From Alistipes sp. (GTDB lineage: Bacteria; Bacteroidota; Bacteroidia; Bacteroidales; Rikenellaceae): a stretch of 64,000 bases of DNA. The position numbers were made by a program, and so were the translations under genes. Below the pieces are notes generated by a model. The model made no database searches, had not been told where the DNA came from, and was given only the letters and a program-made list of their open reading frames with translations. The DNA lies in contig JAZQYM010000014.1 of NCBI GenBank assembly GCA_045633525.1, positions 322 to 64,321 of the forward strand, in the 5' to 3' direction. Of this stretch, positions 58,459-64,000 are shown piece by piece; the stretch's first letter is position 1, and every line of letters starts with the position of its first letter.

Positions 58459-60411
58459 ATGGCAAGTTTAAACACACTAAGAACCAAGTTCGGCCTAGTA
58501 CTTTCAATCCTTATTGGCCTTGTACTTGTAGCATTTATCCTTGGCGATCAGCTTTCAATGAAGAATCGTGGTGCTGATATGCCTGAGGATACAACCGTTA
58601 TGACGGTAAATGGTGAGGAGGTTAAGGCATCTGAGTATGCTAACTACCTTGAGATGTATCGCGATTCAAACTTCGCAGAGGATATGAAGTCTGACTACGC
58701 TATGCAGACTGCAATCTTCAACCTTTACACTCGCCCAGCTCTTGAGGCTGTAGGTTTGGGCGTTGCTGAGGGTGATATCAACGCTTACGCTGAGGTGTTC
58801 AGTAAGGAGGCTGCGATGATGTATCAGATGTATGGCTGGCCAGTAGACCAGATCAAGGCAATGGTACAGAACCAGTGGGCTTCAAACCTTCCTACTCTTG
58901 ATATGCGCCTTGCATACGAGAAGTTCACTGCTGCTTATGCTGCTGGTAGCTACGTTAACCGTCTTGAGGTTGAGGAGTCTTTGCGTAACGCAAACTTCAC
59001 TTTTGATGGTCGTTATGTAATGGTTCCTTACAAGGCTTTGCCTGAGGTTGAGGTTACAGAGGCTGAGGTTGACGATTACTACGAGGCTCACAAGACAGAG
59101 AATAAGAACTATGGTGCTCGCACATTGCGTTATGTTACATTCGAGATTGCTCCTACTGCTGAGGATTTGAAGGCTGTTGAGGAGCAGGTAATGGCTGCAG
59201 ACAATGGCGTTAAGGCTGCTAATGGCAATACTGCTGAGATTAAGAAGGCTGTACGTGCTATCGGTGGTAAGTCTGATACATACAAGCTTTACAGCAACCT
59301 TGATCCTGAGGTTAAGGAGGCTGTTAACGCAGGTACTCACTACGGTCCAGTTTTCGAGAACAACACTTGGACTGCAAGCTACATCGTTTCAGATGTTAAG
59401 GCTCCAGCATCATACGAGTTCGAGGTTGTTACTGTTGATAACATCATCAAGGCTAACGAGCTTGTTGAGGCATTGAAGGCTGTAGATGGCGACTTTGCAA
59501 AGCTTGAGGAGGCTGTTGAGACTACAACGGATGTTCGTCAGATGGCAAGCATGAACGAGACTGAGGCTAAGAACTTCATCGGTACAAAGGTTGGTGATAT
59601 CGTAGTTATCTCTTATAACAACAGCCAGGCTGTTGCTAAGATCACTAAGCTTGGTGATGTAGAGCGTTTCGTTCTTACTGCTGATGTTAACAAGGTTGTT
59701 ACCGCAAGCGAGAAGACTAATAACGATATCGTTAAGAGCGTTGAGGCATTTATGAATGCTGCTGGCAATACAGCTGAGTCTTTCAACGAGGCTGCTAATG
59801 CTGCTCAGTATCAGGTGCTTTCAGGTGTTGCTAACCGTAACGACTATGTGGCTATGCAGGGTCGTGAGCGTGGTGTTCGCGGTATTGACAACTCTCGTAG
59901 CATTGCTATCTGGGCATACGATGCTAAGGTTGGTGCTAAGAAGTATTTTTATGGTGAGAACCTTATCCACGTAGTGATGGTTGCATCTATCGACGAGAAT
60001 AAGTACGAGCTTAAGAATGCATTCCTTATCGAGAATACACTTAAGCGTGACAAGCAGTATGAGGCTATCGCTTCACAGCTCGCTATGGGTGCTACTATCG
60101 AGGGCGCTGTTGAGGGTAACTTCTCAGGTGTTAAGTTCAGCGATGTAGCTGTAGACGGTAAGTTCGAGCCTGCTTTTGTAGGTGCTGTCACTCGTAGCCG
60201 TGAGACAGGTGTTGAGACTAAGGTTAAGGGTAACTCTGCAGCATTCGTATTCGTTGTTGATGCTATCAATGGTGAGCTTGATCCATCTACATTCGATGCA
60301 GAGCGCACTCCAGAGATGACACAGCGTGAGTCTCAGATGCAGCGCGTTGCAGTTGATGCAATGACTAAGAAGGCTACAATTAAGGATATGCGTGGCGAGG
60401 GCGAGATTTAA
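58459..60411 (+). CDS. SurA N-terminal domain / PpiD-like membrane-anchored chaperone
   Basis: MASLNTLRTK, AFILGD N-terminal anchor and C-terminal IKDMR; rotamase motifs weak. Confidence 0.75.
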   Translation: MASLNTLRTKFGLVLSILIGLVLVAFILGDQLSMKNRGADMPEDTTVMTVNGEEVKASEYANYLEMYRDSNFAEDMKSDYAMQTAIFNLYTRPALEAVGLGVAEGDINAYAEVFSKEAAMMYQMYGWPVDQIKAMVQNQWASNLPTLDMRLAYEKFTAAYAAGSYVNRLEVEESLRNANFTFDGRYVMVPYKALPEVEVTEAEVDDYYEAHKTENKNYGARTLRYVTFEIAPTAEDLKAVEEQVMAADNGVKAANGNTAEIKKAVRAIGGKSDTYKLYSNLDPEVKEAVNAGTHYGPVFENNTWTASYIVSDVKAPASYEFEVVTVDNIIKANELVEALKAVDGDFAKLEEAVETTTDVRQMASMNETEAKNFIGTKVGDIVVISYNNSQAVAKITKLGDVERFVLTADVNKVVTASEKTNNDIVKSVEAFMNAAGNTAESFNEAANAAQYQVLSGVANRNDYVAMQGRERGVRGIDNSRSIAIWAYDAKVGAKKYFYGENLIHVVMVASIDENKYELKNAFLIENTLKRDKQYEAIASQLAMGATIEGAVEGNFSGVKFSDVAVDGKFEPAFVGAVTRSRETGVETKVKGNSAAFVFVVDAINGELDPSTFDAERTPEMTQRESQMQRVAVDAMTKKATIKDMRGEGEI

Positions 60412-60412
60412 T

Positions 60413-60540
60413 AATTTCTCGATATAAGTCGCAATCTGCGACACATCCCAAAGTAAAATATCCAGGGTTGTACTAATTGTACTATCCCTGGATATTTCTA
60501 TTTGCGATATGCCACATCTCACGACTTTTCTCAAGAAATG
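60413..60540. repeat. Long palindrome copy E5
   Basis: ATTTCT...AGAAAT termini; inner AAATATCCAGGG...CCCTGGATATTT; shares ATCTGCG.CACATC with E4. Confidence 0.78.
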
Positions 60541-60557
60541 GGGTTATGGGGTATTTT

Positions 60558-60598
60558 AGAGACAAACAGAGATAACAGAGACAAACGTGATAACTACA
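60558..60598. repeat. Degenerate 8-10 bp tandem units (GAGACAAACA / GAGATAACA)
   Basis: Seen directly; the reverse-complement unit TGTCTC occurs near 60628. Confidence 0.55.
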
Positions 60599-60770
60599 AA
60601 ACGGGGTATCACGACTAATCTATCTATTGTCTCTGCAGTCTCAAATAATAATAATTTCGTGCAAAGTCTGCCTTACATTGAACTACCCACTTTAAACATA
60701 AATTTGCCCAATTCAAAAATATTGCGTATTTTTGTGCTATATGTTTTCTAAACAAGAAATAGATAATAAT

Positions 60771-61367
60771 ATGAAACTAAAGAATATACCTGTAGGCTAT
60801 AAAATCGCATTTTGGACCTTTGTGCTTGTTGCTATCGATCAGCTTGTTAAGATGCTTGTGCATTTTAATCTCGAGGTGGGTGACAAGGTAGAGGTTTTCT
60901 CGTGGTTTAACCTATGCTATATCGAGAATAATGGCTTTGCATTTGGTATGCAGCTCGGCTCTGGCGACGGTGCGATAGACTGGGGTAAGCTTATTCTTAG
61001 TCTCTTCCGTGTGGTAATGATCGGACTTCTTATCTATGGTATTCGCTATCTTGTGAAGCGCCGTACGGATGTCCCCAAGGGCGTTTTAGTAGGTGCGGTG
61101 CTTATCCTTGCAGGTGCTATTGGCAATATGGTAGATAGTATGTTCTACGGTATGTTGCTCGAGACGCAGGATGCTGGTTTCCTTATGGGTAAGGTGGTGG
61201 ATATGATACATTTACCACTCTTTAAATGGGAGAACTGTCCTGACTTTTTGAACTTCTTAGTAGGTAGTGATGGCTACTTCTTTGGTGCGGTATTTAACGT
61301 TGCTGATGCCTATATTTCTGTGGCTGTTGTCTATCTTCTTATCTTCCACTACAAGTTTTTCAAGTAG
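60771..61367 (+). CDS. lspA: Lipoprotein signal peptidase II
   Basis: DQLVK, ENNGFAFG, GAIGNMVD, VVDM and FNVAD motifs. Confidence 0.93.
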   Translation: MKLKNIPVGYKIAFWTFVLVAIDQLVKMLVHFNLEVGDKVEVFSWFNLCYIENNGFAFGMQLGSGDGAIDWGKLILSLFRVVMIGLLIYGIRYLVKRRTDVPKGVLVGAVLILAGAIGNMVDSMFYGMLLETQDAGFLMGKVVDMIHLPLFKWENCPDFLNFLVGSDGYFFGAVFNVADAYISVAVVYLLIFHYKFFK

Positions 61368-61488
61368 AAGTTGCCTAATGAAGCTACTTTGGCGTTACAC
61401 TCGCTCTCAGTATGCTCATTTACGCATCAGTAAACTCCGCTATTTCGAGCTTTGTGCGCCTAAAATTAGCTCTCGTTGTACAACTTCT
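61366..61488. repeat. Long palindrome copy E6
   Basis: AGAAGTTG...CAACTTCT termini; core CTCATTTAC-GCATCA-GTAAACTCCG matches the E3 core CTCATTTAC-GCTTG-GTAAACTGCG. Confidence 0.75.
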
Positions 61489-61535
61489 TAAAATACGAAA
61501 CTGTCATAATATTTGTTAGATAACCCTTGAATACT

Positions 61536-62447
61536 ATGAACAGGGTCGAGGAGTTTCTAAATGTGCTTAAGTCGGAGCGTCGCTATTCACCTCATACGGT
61601 GGGTGGCTATCGTCGTGATATCTATGCCTTTTTGGAGTGGTGTGGCGTTGATGCTGAGGCGTTTTCACCAGAGAACTTTAAGCGTTACGATATCACTGAT
61701 TGGGCGGTCTATCTTTTTGAGAAGCAGGGTCTTAAGGCTACATCTGTAAATAGATCATTGGCATCGGTGCGTAGCTTCTGGAAGTGGATGCTTAAGCAGG
61801 GTTATACAAAACTCGATATCGTGGGCACTGTCAAGCAGTTCAAAGCCTCCAAGCGTCTGCCTACCTATGTTCCGAAGACACGTATGTCTGATGTTGTCGT
61901 TGGTCTTAAGGAGGATATTGCCTCGGATGATAGCGAGCGTCTGCGCGATGCTGTTATAATGCTACTGCTCTACACTTGCGGTCTGCGCCTCTCGGAGCTT
62001 GTCGAGGCGAATGTGGAGGATTTATCATCCGATTTCAGCACGATACGTGTGTGTGGTAAGGGCGACAAGGTGCGCATACAGCCCATAGTGAGAAGTGTGG
62101 GTATGGTGCTAAAAAAGTATTTTAGTCAAAATTCTTCGCAAAATATTTGCACAGATCAAAAAAAAGCACTAATTTTATCAAAGAAAGGAGAGCGTATCAA
62201 CCGTAGAGCGGTGCAGCGTATTGTCGAGCGTAAGCTAAAGTGTTATGGCATACAAGGTAAGACCTCGCCGCATGTGCTTCGCCACACCTTCGCTACACAT
62301 CTGCTCAATGATGGAGCCGATCTACGCGAGATACAAGAACTCTTGGGACATAGTGCTCTACGTACAACGCAGGTGTACACCCATACCAATATTGAGTCGC
62401 TCAAGGAGGTATATCATCAGGCGCATCCGCGTGAGAGAGAAGAGTAG
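61536..62447 (+). CDS. xerC: Tyrosine recombinase XerC-like
   Basis: ERRYSPHT, GLRLSEL, GKGDK, HVLRH, LGH and TQVY; upstream of hpf as is usual in Bacteroidota. Confidence 0.85.
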   Translation: MNRVEEFLNVLKSERRYSPHTVGGYRRDIYAFLEWCGVDAEAFSPENFKRYDITDWAVYLFEKQGLKATSVNRSLASVRSFWKWMLKQGYTKLDIVGTVKQFKASKRLPTYVPKTRMSDVVVGLKEDIASDDSERLRDAVIMLLLYTCGLRLSELVEANVEDLSSDFSTIRVCGKGDKVRIQPIVRSVGMVLKKYFSQNSSQNICTDQKKALILSKKGERINRRAVQRIVERKLKCYGIQGKTSPHVLRHTFATHLLNDGADLREIQELLGHSALRTTQVYTHTNIESLKEVYHQAHPREREE

Positions 62448-62515
62448 GTAGTGAATGGACAGTCTGCTACCACGCGAGTAGCGGGCATAATATATAACTT
62501 AATACTTTATGACCT

Positions 62516-62815
62516 ATGAACGTACAGATTCAGTCAGTAAAATTCGATGCAGGCCAGCAGTTGCTTGACTTCATTCAGAAGAAGATGGATAGATTGGATC
62601 GCTTTGTCGATGATAGAGCAGGTGATGTTGAGGTGACACTACGCCTCGATCCTGACTCTGAGAAGGGTAACAAAGTAGTAATCGTGCAGCTCCACGTCCC
62701 TGGTGGCGATATTCGTGTTGAGGAGCGTGCATTTACCTTCGAGGAAGCGGTTGACAATTCAATGGATATAATTAAGAGACAGTTAGAGAAGGCAAAGGCA
62801 AAGTTTGAAAAGTAA
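62516..62815 (+). CDS. raiA: Ribosome hibernation factor (HPF/RaiA)
   Basis: MNVQIQSVKF, NKVV, VPG and FEEAVD motifs. Confidence 0.88.
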   Translation: MNVQIQSVKFDAGQQLLDFIQKKMDRLDRFVDDRAGDVEVTLRLDPDSEKGNKVVIVQLHVPGGDIRVEERAFTFEEAVDNSMDIIKRQLEKAKAKFEK

Positions 62816-62855
62816 TACGGAGTAGTTTTACTCCTCTATATAAAAATATAGGTGT

Positions 62856-62898
62856 AACCATAATAGGGGTTGGCTAAGTTGCTTTTTAGTCAGCCCCC
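62856..62898. repeat. 43-bp dispersed hairpin repeat, copy 2
   Basis: Matches 36284-36326. Confidence 0.85.
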
Positions 62899-62998
62899 AT
62901 CATTTTTAATGCGATTTATATCTCATTGTGTTGGTCGTTCAGAAATAATTGCTTAAATTTGTGGTGTTAGAATGCAAACTATGTCAAAAATATAACGT

Positions 62999-64000
62999 AT
63001 GAGATATCTATATTCTATACTCATAGTCCTCTCCCTTGTCGTTACATCATGTAGTAAAGAGAAGGATAAGCCTGCTCCAGTGAAGTTTAAGCTCTCAGAG
63101 CAGTTTGTAGAGGTCGGTTGCCAATCGCAGGAGTGCTCGATATATGTAACATCTCCAGCTTGTTGGACTGCGACCACTGACAGCGAGTGGATTACCTTTA
63201 AGAATGATAGCGGTGATGCGGGTATGCAGGAGCTAAAGTTCGTGGTCGATGATTATAAGGAGGTTGATGATCGTGCTGCAATTATCGTGGTTGCCAACGA
63301 TACTGGCTCGCTCTATGCCGAGTTGATTGTATCGCAGAGGGCGTTTGTTCCAGAGTTCGAGGTTGAGGCTATCCCAACTATCGAGTTCGATTATGCTGGT
63401 GGTACGCAGTCGGTTAATATTACATCGAATTTTGCATACAAGGTTGTTGCTTCAGAGGATTGGTTGGTTGTAACAGAGGCTAATAGCGGTTTGAAGGTGA
63501 CAGCTAACGCTCTATACCCAGTGCTCAACGTCCCACGTTCTGCTACAATTGTAATCTCAGATCCTAAGTATGGCTTTGAGCAGGTTGAGATTGAGGTGGT
63601 GCAGCACTGCAAGGAGTCTGATTACAAGATTGGTGATATGCTAGAGTTTAATGGCTCAAGAGGTGTGGTATTCTATCGCGACGCTCAGACAACGAAGATT
63701 GTATCTGTAGAGCAGGGTAAGGAGATTTGGAGTACTGAGTATATCGTAATTGGTGCTTCTGATGCCGATAATGGTGTAAATAATATGGCTGTTATTCAGG
63801 CTGTAAACTCTTGGGAGAGTAAGTATCCTGCATTTGCTTGGTGTGCTAATTTGGGTGAGGGTTGGTATCTCCCTGCATACAACGAGTTGCACGCAATTTG
63901 GGAGGTGCGTTCGCAGTTGGATAAGCCGTTGGTTGATAATGGCTATACAGCTATTGGCTCAACCTTTAATTACTATCACTGGTCTTCAACCGAGTGCGAT
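62999..64000 (+). CDS. Lipoprotein with 2 BACON domains and a DUF1566/Lcl-like C-terminal domain (runs off the window)
   Basis: Translated by eye: MRYLYSILIVLSLVVTSC, DSEWIT, SEDWL, then YKIGD..GVVFY..GWYLPAYNEL..HWSSTE; no stop before 64000. Confidence 0.82.
   Translation, partial: MRYLYSILIVLSLVVTSCSKEKDKPAPVKFKLSEQFVEVGCQSQECSIYVTSPACWTATTDSEWITFKNDSGDAGMQELKFVVDDYKEVDDRAAIIVVANDTGSLYAELIVSQRAFVPEFEVEAIPTIEFDYAGGTQSVNITSNFAYKVVASEDWLVVTEANSGLKVTANALYPVLNVPRSATIVISDPKYGFEQVEIEVVQHCKESDYKIGDMLEFNGSRGVVFYRDAQTTKIVSVEQGKEIWSTEYIVIGASDADNGVNNMAVIQAVNSWESKYPAFAWCANLGEGWYLPAYNELHAIWEVRSQLDKPLVDNGYTAIGSTFNYYHWSSTECD

Noticed and set aside
57804-58487. Long antisense ORFs (e.g. 57804-58487, 23008-23631, 16119-16727, 6538-7122)
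   Set aside because: Shadows of well-conserved genes on the opposite strand, with no recognisable motifs.
61536-62447. Tyrosine recombinase as a mobile-element integrase
   Set aside because: Size, motifs and position before hpf/raiA fit housekeeping XerC; no att sites or cargo seen.

Overview
Chromosomal window from an anaerobic Bacteroidota genome, most like Rikenellaceae/Alistipes (inferred from TAnnTTTG promoters, A-rich starts without Shine-Dalgarno sites, porX-tsaE and mqnE). Most of it is housekeeping: a TPP-riboswitch thiD-thiE-thi4-thiE2 operon, nadE-rseC-rnfBCDGEA, ygiQ, rluD, an MqnE-PASTA fusion, lptG, tgt, ECF sigma, rsmG, trxB, rnz, porX-tsaE, HU plus a small basic protein, rne/rng, mfd, coaX, lptC, lspA, xerC and hpf. 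An accessory block at about 29.7-41.3 kb encodes modular BACON/FN3 surface lipoproteins, and another BACON lipoprotein runs off the right end. No rRNA, tRNA, CRISPR array, transposase or prophage was seen. The most striking signal is a family of about 125-bp imperfect palindromes at six loci. Each sits at the stop codon of a + strand gene, the copies show compensatory base changes, one locus is tandemly amplified, and the family resembles enterobacterial ERIC elements.
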